DNA of 64,000 bases from Cycas panzhihuaensis (lineage: Eukaryota; Plantae; Cycadophyta): contig CM041465.1 in NCBI GenBank assembly GCA_023213395.1, positions 89,721,741-89,785,740 on the forward strand, read 5' to 3'. Positions 37,582 through 52,400 of the stretch are shown piece by piece. How positions within the stretch are numbered: position 1 is the stretch's first letter; every line of letters begins with the position of its first letter. A program made the translations under genes and the position numbers. The notes under the pieces were generated by a model, which was given only the letters and a program-made list of their open reading frames with translations, did not search any database and had not been told where the DNA came from.

Positions 37582-40500
37582 TATTAAATAATGTCTAATG
37601 TTCTCTTTTAATATTACTTTATGTAACTCTATTATTGTAAGAATTGTTAAGAAGAGCAGTTATCTTTTCAATGAACCTCTCCACCTATTTATTCTCCTAG
37701 ATTCTAGGAAGAAAGAAAGGAAAATAAAGAGCAAAATGTAATAATTTGGTCAAGGTTACATGGAGACGATTATGAGGCTGCAGACATTGACAACTGTGCA
37801 TATTCTCAATTTTAGAGAGAGAGGATGAGATCCTTCTCTATATGTAATATATAATCTATTTATTTATTAATATATTTATATTTTGAGGTGGTTTTTTTAA
37901 ATCCCCATTAGGGGTTTTTTTTCACCTGTTTAATATCTATAAGTATTTGTATGATTATTATTTTTTATTTAAAGCAAATTACTTATTCTATTAACATTTA
38001 ATCAAATATTCCATCTCTCCATCATGGTATTAGAACAAGGTAGTTAACAAATTTAAAATAACATACAAAATTGTAATAAAATTTAAAACAACAAGATTTA
38101 CAAAATTTATACGAACAAAAATTTATTATTTTTTATTACATAGCTAACATCAATTTTTTTTTTTTTACATCTATCTTTTAGGTTTGGCCTACTAAGATTA
38201 CATAATGTCGAATACAAAATATATGTAAGGATATTATACAAAAACAGGTTGATAAACCCTCTCTCAAACATATTCTATGAAGACTACTGACATGAAACCT
38301 TAGTAAAGGGGAAATCCTTCATTTAGCATAGAAATTTACCTAAAACCACCTGCTACAACCTAGAGGAGATCTTTGCAGGACAAGCCATCTATGTGAAGTA
38401 GAAACCTCCAATATAACTTCATACTAAAAGGACACTAGAAATCATCCAAGTTTTGTGATGAGACAAAACCCTGACTAAAACCAAAGAGTGCCATTAATTA
38501 ATGCCAAGAGCATAAGTAAGATGCTGAGAACGTAGATGAGACATCAAGAGTGCAGATGAGATGCTAAGACATCAAGACCATTGATAAAGATGCCAAGAAG
38601 CACCTATGAAGACGCAAAGAATGATCCAGTCACTAATAAGTAATCAATACCCTCCTCAAACTTGCACAAGCTACATAGGAGTTTAGCATATGCCAAATCA
38701 GTTGATGCCTCCTCAAATCTTCACAAACTACATGAACGAGAGACTAGCATATGTCATATTAGTCGTTGCCTCCTCAAATCTGTGCAAATTACATGAACGG
38801 GAGCCAAGAATTCGCCATCATCTTTATGAATGAGTGAAACAAACCCTAGGGAATACTCCAATGAATGGTATTAAACACTTGTTTAATTCTTGGTTGGATC
38901 TGACTCCTTTGTTAAATCATAATAACATCATTATTACTTTAATAATAATTTTGAACCGCCTCCTTTAATAGATTATACTATTCTCGAACCCCTTTTAATC
39001 TTTAATAAATCTAACTTCTTCCTCAATTACATTTTAAGTAATTTTTTTTTTCCTTGTTTAAACATAAGAACCCACTTAATCCTTCATAATCATGCTTTAG
39101 TCAATTGATAAATCTAATTACATCCTAGTTACCCTTCCTTAATCATATTTTAATTTAGAAGGGTAGAACTTAAGATAGTTAAAGTTTTTCATATTTTCTG
39201 ATGTCTGATCTAACCTAAGTTATTATTAATATGTAAGCCCCCCCTATTGACCCTCACCCTGATCACTTAGGCCTCCTACATGACTCAGTCCAAGTAAACA
39301 AAGGGGTTAAACCCTTATTCAATTTTTTTATTTTTTCTTTCAAAGGGGGTACCTATGTTCTTTCAATTGTAACTTTCTTATACAAAGTCAGAATTTCATT
39401 CTGAAAGAAACATTAGATTCCTGACTCAGAAATAAACCTTTTTTTGTTGGTCTTTTAAATTCTTTTAACATCATTTTGAGCTAAAGATATTCGCTCCAAG
39501 ACTAGTCTTCTAATCAACCTAGTAAGATGAGGTACATGCTCTAAATTTATAATTTTTTCTCTTATACTTACTTAAAATACTTATCATAATGTTATTATGT
39601 CATTTTATGCAAACACTCAAATTAATAATTTAATACTTAAAATTATTTAATCACAATTATTATTATGATTTAATTATTAATTGATTAATGATTTTATGTG
39701 TTGAGCTAGTATTGTAATCTACTTTATCTTCACATATTGCCCAAATCTCTTTCTTTAAGAAGTTTTAAATTATTGGGTTTTCAACATGGATCTTATACCA
39801 AGAACAACCTCATGTGTACTAATTCTAGTGTTAATTGGCTCTAATTATGTCGACTAGAAAAATAGAATATCCCATCAACTTAAATAGTAGAAGATATGGC
39901 GATATATCACAAGTGAGTTTCCAAAACCTAAAGACAAAACATCAGAAGTGTATATAGTCTATCTGATGAACTGTGATGGAGCCCTATATAACATATTATC
40001 ATCCCTCTATCCAGACATTAGTAGGTAGTTCTCTGAAATAGATGATCTAGCCACTGTCTAGAAAACTCTTAAGGAAAAGTACGATAGGGTTGATACACAA
40101 TAATTAGTTGCTTTAGAATAATAAATGTATGATTTAAATTATGATTTTTTTTTTAAAGTTGAATATTTTTTGTCTAAACTTTAACTTATTAATAAAGACC
40201 TAATAAATTGTATCAAATCTTCTACAAAAGTAGGTGACAAAGAAGTTATTGTAACATGTGCAAAAGATGACGATACACTTGTCCATCTTGCAATTAACAT
40301 TTTACCAAAATAGTTTAATCTCTTCAAAACCGCTAGACAATAGGTAGGGCATCCACTAATTACTTTTGATCAATTAATGAATCAACTTATCGAACATCAA
40401 AACATGTTGATTCAGACTAAAAAATTAAAAGATCCTTCACAGACTCTTTTTTTTAAGTCACAATCATTTACTAAGTCTAAACATCAAAATAACTATCTAA

Positions 40501-43500
40501 ACAGTCATCATTGTCATCCCAAATTCTAAAAACCACACAAAGGTTCATTTACTCAAAATATTTCTTATCATAACACTAAGTATTATGGATTTTCTAAATA
40601 TTAGAATACCTATAAACAAACATTTCTGAAAAGGAATACTATGAATACTAATCCTAATTAGAACATCAGTTGTGCCCTACTATCATAAAAAAGGATACAC
40701 CATTAATGTTTGTAGAAATAGAATTGCCTCTAAAGCCTGGAAAGCTTCTAAAGGGGTCCAATCTTGATCCAACAATTCTCATAACTTTCTAACTACTTCT
40801 GTAACAACCTTTTTTAGCACCAACTACTCAACCACCCTTGTGGATTCTCGATTCAGGTGCTTCCCATCACATGACAGGATACTAAGAATATCTCAATCTA
40901 TATCAACTTGATTCAAACTCCAAAGAAAATATTTCTTTTGGGAGTGGAACCCAACTCAAAGTCAAAGGATTAGATGATGTTATTTTGAAAGATGGTTAAA
41001 TTAACAATGTATTCTACATTCCTAACTTATTACCTAATCTTCTTTCAGTATATCAAATCTGCTAGAAAGATCTTGTTGTAGAATTCTATAAAGATAAGTT
41101 TATTATCAAACAACCAATAAACAAGTTTAAATTAATTATCTTGGGACTTATTTATAGCTTAACAAGCTTCCAACATTCTAAAACCAAAATTTTTAGTGCC
41201 TTTATAGCAAAATGTGACCCTGTCAATAAGCTTTGGCATGCAAGATTTGGTCATACGAGTTACAGAAAACCCCAATATCTAAGTAAGAATGACATGGTTC
41301 ATGGCTTACCTACACTAAAAACTGTCTATGGTGTTTGTGAAGCCTGTGTAATAAGCAAATAACACATGGATCCTTTCCCAAATAACACTATCTTTTGAGA
41401 AAAATCTCTATTTGAACTTATTCATTCTGATATCTACGGTCCATTTTAAGTTCCTTCATACTCTGTAAGTAGATATTTTATCACGTTTATTGATGACTTT
41501 TTAAGAAAATACTAGGTATAAATGTTTAAAATGAGAAGTAAAGTATTTGGCATATTTGTTGAATACAAAACCTTAGTAAAAAATTAAGCAAATTCTAAAA
41601 TCAAAATCTTTAGAACAGATAATGCTAAGGAATACTTAAGTAATAATTTTACTAAGTACTTTAAAAAGCATGGAATATAATTTCAGCATTCAGTAGCATA
41701 TACTCCTTAACAAAATAGTGTTATTGAACATAAAAATCATACACTTGTTGAAATGACTAGATGTATGTTACATGCAAAAGGTCTTGACTTAAAGTTATGA
41801 GCAAAAGCTATTGCTTGCTCCAACTATTTATTAAATCATTTACCATACAAATCCTTACAAAATATTACGCCAGAATAAAAATGATCTAGATGTAAACCTT
41901 CTGTTAAACACTTAAGAATCTTTAGCAGCATTTCTTGAGGACATGTTCCGAAAGAGAAATACTAGAAACTTAATCCTAAAAGTTTCAAATATATCTTTGT
42001 TGGTTACAGTGAAGAAATCAAAGCTTACAAACTTTTAAATCCAACCATGCATAAGATTTCAATACTTCGTAATGTTATATTTGATGACAAAGGCTCTTCA
42101 TCAAAAACTTCTTATATGAAACTTCTAGTTGAAAATCTATTAACTAATACTTATCTAATTAATCCCAATGACATTCAAGCTGACCCTGAATCAATCAAAT
42201 CCTTATCTACTCAAGTTCAAAACTGGACTTTAAAAGAATCTAATACTTCTACTACACCTAGTTAGTCCACTTCACCAAAGCAATAAATTAACAATATAAA
42301 CAATCTATTTGGGCTTAGAAAACTCTTTTTGATGTTGGTTCTAATGCTGTTAATCGTTTGGATACCAGACAAACTTGTTCACAAAAACTTCAAGCTAATT
42401 TTTCTCTAATGGCCAAAATCATGGCCAGTGATGATCTTAAAACTTTTAAGCAAGCACGTAATAATCATATATGACAACAAGCCATACAAGCTGAAATAGC
42501 TGCTCTTAAAAAGAACTCAACTTGGGATTTAGTTACTCTATCTCTTAAAAATAATATAGTTGATTATAAATGAGTTTATAGAACTAAGTTTAACTCTAAA
42601 GGAGCAATTGAGAAACACAAAGCTCGTTTAGTCACAAAAGGCTTCTCACAAATTGATGGTATTGATTATAATAAAACCTTTGCTCCAGTAGCTAAAATGA
42701 ACACTATTAAGACTATTATAGCTCTAGCAACTAAATTTAGTTAGGAAATCCATCAGATGGATGTAAAGAGCACCTTCTTAAATGGTGATCTTAAAGAAAA
42801 AATTTAAATAGATCAACCTCCTAGATTTGTTTGTAATCCTAACCTTGTTTGTAAATTATGAAAATCTATCTATGGCTTAAAACAAGCTCCTTAAGCTTAG
42901 TATACAAAAATAGATGATTATCTTATATAAAATGGATATATTAAATGTATTAGTGATACTAATCTTTATTTTAGATGTGAAAATAATAATATTACTATCT
43001 TAATTCTCTATATAGATGATATAATCATCACTGGATCCTTACTCTCTAGTATTCATCAATTAAAATTAATCTTGATGAACAAATTTGAAATGTCTGACTT
43101 AGGTCTTTTACACTATTTTCTAGGATTACAAATTTTTTAAACTGATTCTGAAATAAAGATATCTCAATCTACATATATGTTAGATTTAATCAAATGATTT
43201 AATATGGAAAATACTAAATCCACTCTAAATCCTTTATAATCAGGTATTAAACTATCTACTGATTATTCTACACCACTTTATGATCCAATAACATATCGAT
43301 AACTCATAGGTAGTCTCATTTATCTAACTCATACTCATCTTGATACCTCCTATAATGTTGTCTTATGCTCTAGATATATGTAAAATCCTCATGAATCTCA
43401 CTGGAAAGTTGCTAAATAGATTTTAAGATACCTACAAGGTATAATATATTATGGCTTAACCTATAACTCTTACAAGAATAACCTAAAATTAATAGATTAC

Positions 43501-44479
43501 ATAGATTTAGATTGGGCAAGAGACTCTGATGATCATAAATCTACTGCTACTTATGTTTTCTTTTTAGACTCTTTACCAATTACTTAGTCCATTAAAAATA
43601 TGCAAGCCTTAACTTTATCCATAATTGCAGTCGAATATCAAGCTCTTGTTGAAGCCAACAAAGAATCACTCTGGATCAAATATCTTTTAAATGAGTTTGG
43701 TTTATTTTCTAACTCACCCATTAAACATAATGTTGATAATCAAGGAGCCATATCTATTGCTACTAATCCAATTGCTCATTCAAGTACAAAACATATAGAA
43801 TTACATCAACATTTTATATGTAACTTTGTAAATGATAAAACTATTCACTTGTCTTATTGTCCTACAGATATACTGATTGTAAATATTCTTACAAATTTAT
43901 TGAATGAAGTAAAAATTTTAAAGCTCAGAGATTTGTTGCAGATAAAAGAAGTCTTCATCAAAGTGGGATCAACATGCTAAAGGCTTCTTCATCTTGTCCT
44001 TTGTTTTTTTAATTAAAAGATAACATTAAAGGGGGATGTTAAATAATGTCTAATGTTCTCTTTTAATATTACTTTATGTAACTCTATTATTAGAAGAATC
44101 ATTAAAAAGAGCAGTTATCTTTTCAACGAACCTCTCCACATATTTATTCTCCTAGATTCTAGGAAGAAAGAAAGGAAAATAAAAAACAAAATGTAATACT
44201 TTGGTTAAGGCTGCATGGAGACGATTATGAGGCCGCAGACGTGGTCAACTGTGTATATTCTCAATTTTGGAGAGAGAGGATGAGATCCTTCTCTATCTGT
44301 AATGTATAATCTATTTATTTATTAATATATTTATATTTTGAGGTGGCTTTTTTTAATCCCCATTAAGGGGTTTTTTCCACCTGTCCAATATCTGTAAGCA
44401 TTTGTATGATTATTATTTTTTATTTAAAGCAAATTACTTATTCTATTAACATTTAATCAAATATTCCCTCTCTCCATCA
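37582..44479 (+). mobile_element. Degenerate full-length Ty1/copia element
   Basis: LTRs 37582-38024 and 44037-44479, PBS TGGTATTAGAAC 38025-38036, PPT AAAGGGGGA 44028-44036, TSD GGCTT/GGCCC. Gag from about 39786, protease WILDSGASHHMTG, LWHARFGH, CEACV, RT LYIDDI, RNase H VDNQGAI..H..TKHI to 43980. Confidence 0.93.
38640..38810 (+). repeat. Three ~60-bp degenerate tandem repeats in the copia leader
   Basis: CCTCCTCAAA..T...CAA..TACAT recurs at about 38651, 38708 and 38769. Confidence 0.8.
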
Positions 44480-47400
44480 GGCCCGTTACTTATCTCTACA
44501 AGATCTTTTATGATATGCCTTTGATACCATATAAGAATTTAGAATCTAACTTTGATACCATATTGAAATATAATGATCATATGTAGCAAAAGTATATCAA
44601 ACATGTATAATATACCAACTATATCATGCAGAATGTATATAATTTATGTATATATAATTAACATATTAAGTAATAACATGAACATAAAGTATAAATATCA
44701 TAAAGTATGCATGTACCATAAGAGAGATAATAGATTTATATATGGAAAATCCCATATGGAAAAAACTATAGGAGAAGGTTGGGGTTGGGAGCTCCTTTTT
44801 ATGATATCAAATGAATTACATATCTAAGTCAATCTTCCTTTCTCTACCTTTCTCAAATTCTTGAGTTGTGTGCATATATATTTATATGAATAATCACCTC
44901 ACGAATAACTTGTAATATCTCTTAGTTTGTTTCATCATCTAATAGGATGTTTACATGAATAAATATGCATAAAGCATCTCTTAATACTTTTGTGTAAGTG
45001 GGATTTTATATAGGTCTACTATCATTTATATTAAATGTTAAATATATCAATATATATTCCAATACTAGCAACATCTCCTGTATATTTTGAAGCTATAATA
45101 AAATTGAGTTAATATATTAAAATAGGCATCTATTCTTCCATTATAACATCACTCTCTTCTATTATTTTTTTTATTCTTTACATTTTTTACCTTTATTTTA
45201 AATGCAATTATTGATTCTACATAGCTTATTATATAGATCTTTTTAAGTAAATATGATTTGAGTACTCATAGGTCTAAGCCAGATTTTATATAAAAAAGTT
45301 ATACTTCTTTTAGAATTCTACCTTCTTCCATAGCCTTGTTTCCCACTTTCTAAGGTTAATTTCATAATAAATCTTTAAAAAATAACATTTTTCTCAAAAA
45401 GAAAAACCAACTTTAATTTAATTTAGATAAACATTTCTCTAAATTAACTCACTATAAATGTTGATTCCTTAGGTTTGTTTTATATTAAGCCTCATTTTGG
45501 TTCTAAACCTTAAGATTTCTCCTATTTTTTATTTACTTCCACTAAAAAAAACATAATTTATTTGATTCTTAATCTAATTTTACCCTTACCTAGAGGATTA
45601 CATCCTAGAAATTATCATCATATTTATAAAGTTCTTTTATTATTTGGTTTGTAAATTTCTAATTAATTTTGTCACCTACCTAAATCACATTTATTTTATA
45701 TAATTCAAGAAGTACATTATTGATGTCTTAATAATAAATATAGTATAATATTATAGATATCTTAATAATAAAACCAGTATTATATATTTTATGTAACATA
45801 TTTATTATTCATATACTATGATATTTCCATGACATTTTCTATAGTATTTTATGTTTTGATGATAGTCCTTTTAGTTTTATGAACTCTTATTTCTCTCTTT
45901 TATTTATTTTTTCATTTCTTCACTCATAATTACTTGATTTTTTATTTCATTGTTCCTCACCTATAATAACCTTGCATGATTGATTATCTCTCTCACTTGT
46001 TTGATTTTCTCTTATTGATCATCACTTTGGAATAACTCTCATAGTAACTTATTCCCGTGACTCATGCATTTTTTTATTTTTAATGAAGCCATTTTTTATT
46101 CTTTCTTAGATAGATCTAATTTGAGATTTAGATTTTTTTCTAATACATAACAAGTGCCTTAGTATTTTTTTTCTCTAGTATGTTAAGAGGAAGAAGAAGA
46201 TTAAATAAAGAGAAAATGTACACTAGTTCATTATCAAATAAAAGAGTTTCTTAAGTAAACAGATTAAATAACAACCTATATATCTTGTTTATCTTATTTT
46301 ATGTCTTTAATTTGATTGATTGTTACAAAGAAAATAATAGTAAGAACTTAATTTATCTATTTTTAAAATATATATAAAATAAATTGATGTGGTAAAAGAA
46401 CCTAGAAACCCTCATGAAAGATACTTTATTTACTCTCTATAAATATCATCACTTTATCATATTTTGATATAATTTATAACCATATACTTATAAAATTATC
46501 TTTTATTACTCATAAGGATAATATCTCTTGTGTGTTTTATTCATTTCTTTTAGGGTCTTCTCTTGGCTCTAGATATTTCCTTAGATTACAAGAATAAGGT
46601 CCATACCAAGAAAATATTTTAGGGATCATACTAGGAAAATCACTTCTCATATAGATTTATGGGTCTTGCTCATAAGTTTCATACAATGGAGGATAACCCT
46701 CATTTTTTTTGTACCCCTTAGGAGAATACCTTTATAACACCTAACTCCTCATAAACTAGCATTTTCTCCACTTATATCTTTGGAAGTAGATATAGACTTT
46801 CCATAATTTGATGCTTCTATAGAAGAATATCCTTAAATCATATTAGTTTCTCTATTTACCACACAAAATCCCACTTGTACTTTAAGTTATAATGCAATTA
46901 TATCTAAATTCTTAGGTTCTATAAGAACATGTACCTTTTTATTTAGTTGGACTATGTTGTAAGCCTTAGGAGTACCTTCACAATCTAGTTTATCTCATAA
47001 TATTTTTTTCATTTTAAATCCATGGCATTAAACCCCATATGAGCATTCATATCTACTTTAGGTTTTAATCCTCTTACATAAGGAGTTTAACTTAGTTAGT
47101 ATTATATAAGTGGGCCACAACCTACTCATGCTTACCAACCCCCATTATCACAATATCATATGAGCTCTAGTTAATATGTTCAACCTCTTATACAAGTTAC
47201 TTATCATATAATTTCATAACTACTTGTTCAACAAGGACCATATAAAGTTTCCACTACTCCATCTATTGATTTAGCTCAAGTTAATATTGCTTTGTTAAAT
47301 CAAGGATCTCACAATCAAACTATTACTTCAAGGTATTAAAACCCTTAAGTTAACTATGATCCACTTCTTTAATGAATGTTAACATCACTTAATAATACCT

Positions 47401-49392
47401 CTTTCTAAGTAGATAATCCTCCTAATTTGACTTACATCCTATACCTTAACCTCCTACATCTCATGGTGTTTTCTCACAAAGCCCCATGGAGGTACCTTCT
47501 CTCAATTTTATAATTTTTTCACTTGCTAAACCATTTTTTAGTTCCACTTTTCTATCTTTATAGTCTATGCAATTTTAGAATCCTCTTACATAAGATTTTC
47601 AATATGCTTAGCCTACTATGAATGTTTCATAACCCTTATTTACATTATAACACTCTCTTTCCCTATAGAACTAATCCAATAGTGCCCAATTCTTGTTATC
47701 CCACTAAGGGTATGAACCCTTTTACTCAAAACATTCATAGGTCTCATATAAATTACATGAATATCCATCTCATTACCCATATTCAAATGATACCTCTTTT
47801 TGATTTTATTTCTCCCTTACCTTAATTTAAGGGCACTCAATAAGAAGACCAACAAACCAATATTTATGCTTTTTATTTGGCATACTCACAATGGTAACTA
47901 GATAGTAATTTACTTTACCTTCTCTTTACATATATATTGTTTAATAATGCTCTTAAATGGTTTTATCAATTACCTCCCTAATTAATATATATTTTATAGT
48001 AACTTGTTAAATAACTTATTACCTATTTTGATCTAGAGAAATCTTTCAATTTAGGTGTCAAAGTCCTTATATGTTCCAAATAAGGCCTTGATGAGTCTTA
48101 TAAATTTGCTAAATAATTCTAAGATATAGTCCTTGCCTCAAACTTTTATTACCCCAATCGTCTTCTCATTAAAGTGTTCATGAATTCTCATATATCATAA
48201 TTCCATCTCAAAGTGTTAAAGATGAGCCCTACTTCTTACCAAGATGCCCTTATGAAGGCACTTGTATATGACACTTTTGAAATTCAAGTTGATATTAAAC
48301 CACTCTCAAACATTTAAACTATAAATAATAAACATGAACCTTCAAAGGACCCCAAACCTATTACGCAAGAAAAGTTATATGAGCATCTTATATATATGCT
48401 ATGTAGGTTAGACTATAAGTTAGGAGGTAATATTTAAAATGTTCCAAATTAAGAAGAGGAATCTCCCAAAACCATTTCTCTTATTGAAACACACATCCTT
48501 TTGCCTAAATATTATATAGGAAGGTAGTACTCTTTTCATACAATGAAGTATTATTTTAATGATAAATGTTATACTCTTTATAAGATCAAGTTCCAAGATC
48601 ATCATTGCACTCAAAATCTATCCAAATCTAATTTGGATCAACATATTTTTAAAAATCCTCTCCTTAATTATAATAAGAAATGATGAAAATAATAATAACA
48701 AAGATAGGATAATAATAATAATTTATTCAAATCTGACATTCCTTCTACATCCTCTTAGTCTTTTTAGAAGAGAATACTTTCCCAATAATATATAAATTGT
48801 TCCTTCTAAAGAAGATATCTCACTTAATAATAAAAGAAAAATAAGAATTAACTTTATTTGTCCCTCTATATCTTCTCAAAAAGTGAATAATTTACTTAAT
48901 TGTAAGAAGATTTACCTTATATTACTATAAGAAAAATATTTAATTATATAAAATTTACTTTGCAATGAGCATAAACTATGGCACACATTATATTTCTTAC
49001 TCTCACTACATATACCAATGTGATCTCTTATAATCCCTATAATATATGTTTACCTAGAGTACTCAACCATATCCTAATACACACATATATATAAGTACCC
49101 TTCACCCAAATTAGAAATTAGAATCTAATTAATACTCCAAAAAATTTCTAGGGTTTCGTCTAAAAGGATAACACTTTGGTCATGTTAGGCTTTATGTCTT
49201 ATTAAATGCCCATATATCTAGGTTAACATCATTGAACCGATTGATTTCGCTTCACTTATACTTGAAGTTAACTCTTATATCTTGAGCCCCTTATGCTAGA
49301 ACAAATGATATTATCATCCCATCTATGGATTTACTAGTGGCCTGGTTTTCTATGAGTCCCATGTAGCCATTTGTTAGTTCATAGATTTGTTT

Positions 49393-49395
<3 letters not shown>

Positions 49396-49465
<70 letters not shown>
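49396..49465. repeat. (AT)~35 microsatellite
   Basis: Read directly. Confidence 0.97.
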
Positions 49466-49470
<5 letters not shown>

Positions 49471-52400
49471 TATTTGATATAGAAAAAAAAATCTCACACT
49501 TATATTTTTAACATATTGATGCGTTTATCAGTGATTTGTTTATTAATTTCTCTTAATAATTTGTTGAACGACTAGCATTTGTTTGTTCATATCATCAAGT
49601 TCTCTATGGGTTCAATAGTGATTGGTTCTATCAATCTTATAGTGTTATCTATTTAACCATAGACTTGTATGATCATATATATAATCTTAAAATATGGGTT
49701 TAGTGGTGGCTAGTTTACACTAACTTCACATTGTCATTAATTAGACCATATACTAGATTAATTCACAAAGAGATGTTATAGCTAAATGGAATGAAATACT
49801 TGAATCATTATTCTTGGATGTCACATCCCATGTTGATTCTTATTAGAACATAATAATTTTACATTATGGCATTATTCTCCTTGCTAATTAATTACTACAC
49901 TCTCCTATGTCCATCATATTATTCTTTTTAATATAAGTCTTAGATTACCAATCTTATTTTTATTATACTATTCACTCATACATATAGGGGAAAACTAAGA
50001 AAATACTAGTCTTTTTATACTTACTTAGATTACTTGAGATCACACTAGTAATTTTGTATTAGTATAGCGTTATTTATATCTTTCTTACTCTTACATAGTC
50101 TCTATAATAGTGAATATTTTAATGATTATTTTATTGCTCATTCATAACACTAAATATTCTAGATCTAATCCCTAATATGTCATACTTATACAAAGCCTTA
50201 GGAAAATATTGATAAAACTTTGGAAATATTATATATACAAATATAAGATACAATGTTAACAACATTCTTCATTTATTATATGACTTCTATCAAGGTTCAT
50301 TATTAAGAGGATAAATTATTTCCTCATTTTTGGCATTTCCCCAAAATCTAGAAATGTTAGATATAATTTACTTTCTCTCTAATTAGATATATTTAGATAT
50401 GTTTTTACTACTTGTCATTTGCTTGATGTTATATTTGATTATATGAATTTACTAATCATCTTAGCTCACATGGTATTATGATTAATTATTCATTTAATTT
50501 ACTTATGCATATTATATTTTTCTCACAATCATGATGTATTTAATAACATCTCTCATATGTTTCAGAGCTATAGTAAAGTTCAGTTAACATAAAACAAACA
50601 TCTATTCTTCCATTGTAATGTCACTTTCTTTTAATTTTATTCATTATTTTTACATTTTTAACCACGACTTTAAATACAATTGTTGATTTTGCATAACCTA
50701 TTATGTAGATCTCTGAGTACGTATGAATAAAGTATTCCTGGTTAAAACTAACTCTATATTAGGAAGTTATACTCCTTTTATAATTTATCCTTCTTTGATA
50801 GTCATATTTCCCACTTCTCAAGGCCAACTTCATAATTAATCTCTACAAAATAGTATTTTACAGTAAAAAATTAACTTATATATTAATTTAGATGGTCTAT
50901 TCTCTAAATTGACTTATTATAAATACATATTCCTTAGATTAATTTTGTCTTAAACCTCCTTTAGGTTCTAAACCCTAAGATCACTTCCATTTTTTATTTA
51001 TTTCCACTTAAACAAGGCATAATATATTTGAATATTTATCTAATTTTACCCTTAACTAAAGGATTTTTGCATGTCCTAGCCATTATCATTGCATTTATGG
51101 AGTTTATTAATTATTTAGTTTATAAATTTCTTCTTAATTTTGTTATGCCATCATTTTTTTCCTATATCACATTTATTATATAGAATTCAAATAGTATATT
51201 TCATATGTCTTAATAATAAAATTGCTATCATATATTCTATGTTATCTATCTATCATTCATGTCTTACAGTATCACTATGAATTTTTCACTAATTTTTTAG
51301 AGCATTTTGTGTTTTTTTTAATGTTCCCTTTAGTAGTATAAACTCTTATATCTTCCTTTTGTTTGATTTTTTCTTTGTTTTTAACTTATAATTACTTAAT
51401 TTTTTATTTTATTATATTTTATTCATAATAATTTCTTACATGATTGATTATTTATCCCATTTGTTTAATATTCTTCTCTTTTTTATCATCACTTTAAAAG
51501 AATTTTCATAATGACCTATTCTCATGACTCATATATTTCTTTATCTTTGATGATGCTCTCTTTACTTCTTTTCTAGATAGATTTTATTTGAGATTTAGAT
51601 TTTTTCTAATATATAATGGATGCTTTAATAAATTTTCTCTAGTATTAATTTGTATGAATAAGAAGATTAGATAAGGAGCAATTGCACACTCACTCATCAT
51701 CAAATAGATGAGTCTCTTAAGTAAATAAACTAGAAAGAGTCTTTACACCTTTTTTTTTGTCTTCCATTTGATTGATTATTGCAAAAAAAAAAAATAGAAA
51801 GAATTGAATTGACTTATTTTGAAAAAATATATAAAATAAATTGATGTGGTAAAAGAATCTAAAAACTTTCACGAAAGATGTTTTGTTTTCTCTCTATAAA
51901 TATCCTTACTTTATTATATTTTAATATAATTAGTAACCATACACATATAAAAACATATTTCAATACTTATAGGGATAATATTCCTTGTATAGTGTATTTT
52001 ATTCTTTTCTTTTATGGTTTTATTTTAGCTTTAGGTATTTCTTTAAATCAAAAGAATAAGTTCCATACCTAAGAAAATAGAAGGAGATATAAAACCTACT
52101 TTGTGGACCTTTAGCAAAGCTCGGGATCTAGTCTACATAAAAGTCTTACATTATATCTATAAATATAAGGATGATGTGATACTTAGTGATAAATCTCCTC
52201 TTTTATATTTTTCCTCTTATATAATTTCTTACATGTTAACTTCATGCTCTATACAAATTAGTACACAAGTATGAATGATATAGTTAGAGCTCTCTCATCT
52301 CCTTGAGTTGATTGATCATTGGGACTTAACCCCCTTATACTATAATTAGAGCACCTTTAGAGGAGATAAGCTTAAAATAACCTTATAACCATGGATCACA

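Larger units (their letters stand above)
34796..45064 (-). mobile_element. Non-autonomous LTR element (no recognisable pol) nested in the gypsy LTR
   Basis: LTRs 34796-35339 and 44530-45064, TSD CTAGT/CTAGC, PPT 35340-35349, PBS 44518-44529. About 2.3 kb of eroded internal sequence remains after removing the nested copia. Confidence 0.85.
34577..52079 (+). mobile_element. Old Tat/Ogre-like gypsy deletion derivative with ~1.8-kb LTRs
   Basis: LTR1 is 34577-34795 plus 45070-46616 (split by an insertion); LTR2 is 50317-52079. TSD AAAGG/GAAGG. An eroded tRNA-Arg-like PBS follows 46616, and a gag motif NNALKWFYQLPP lies at about 47945. No recognisable pol. Confidence 0.75.
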
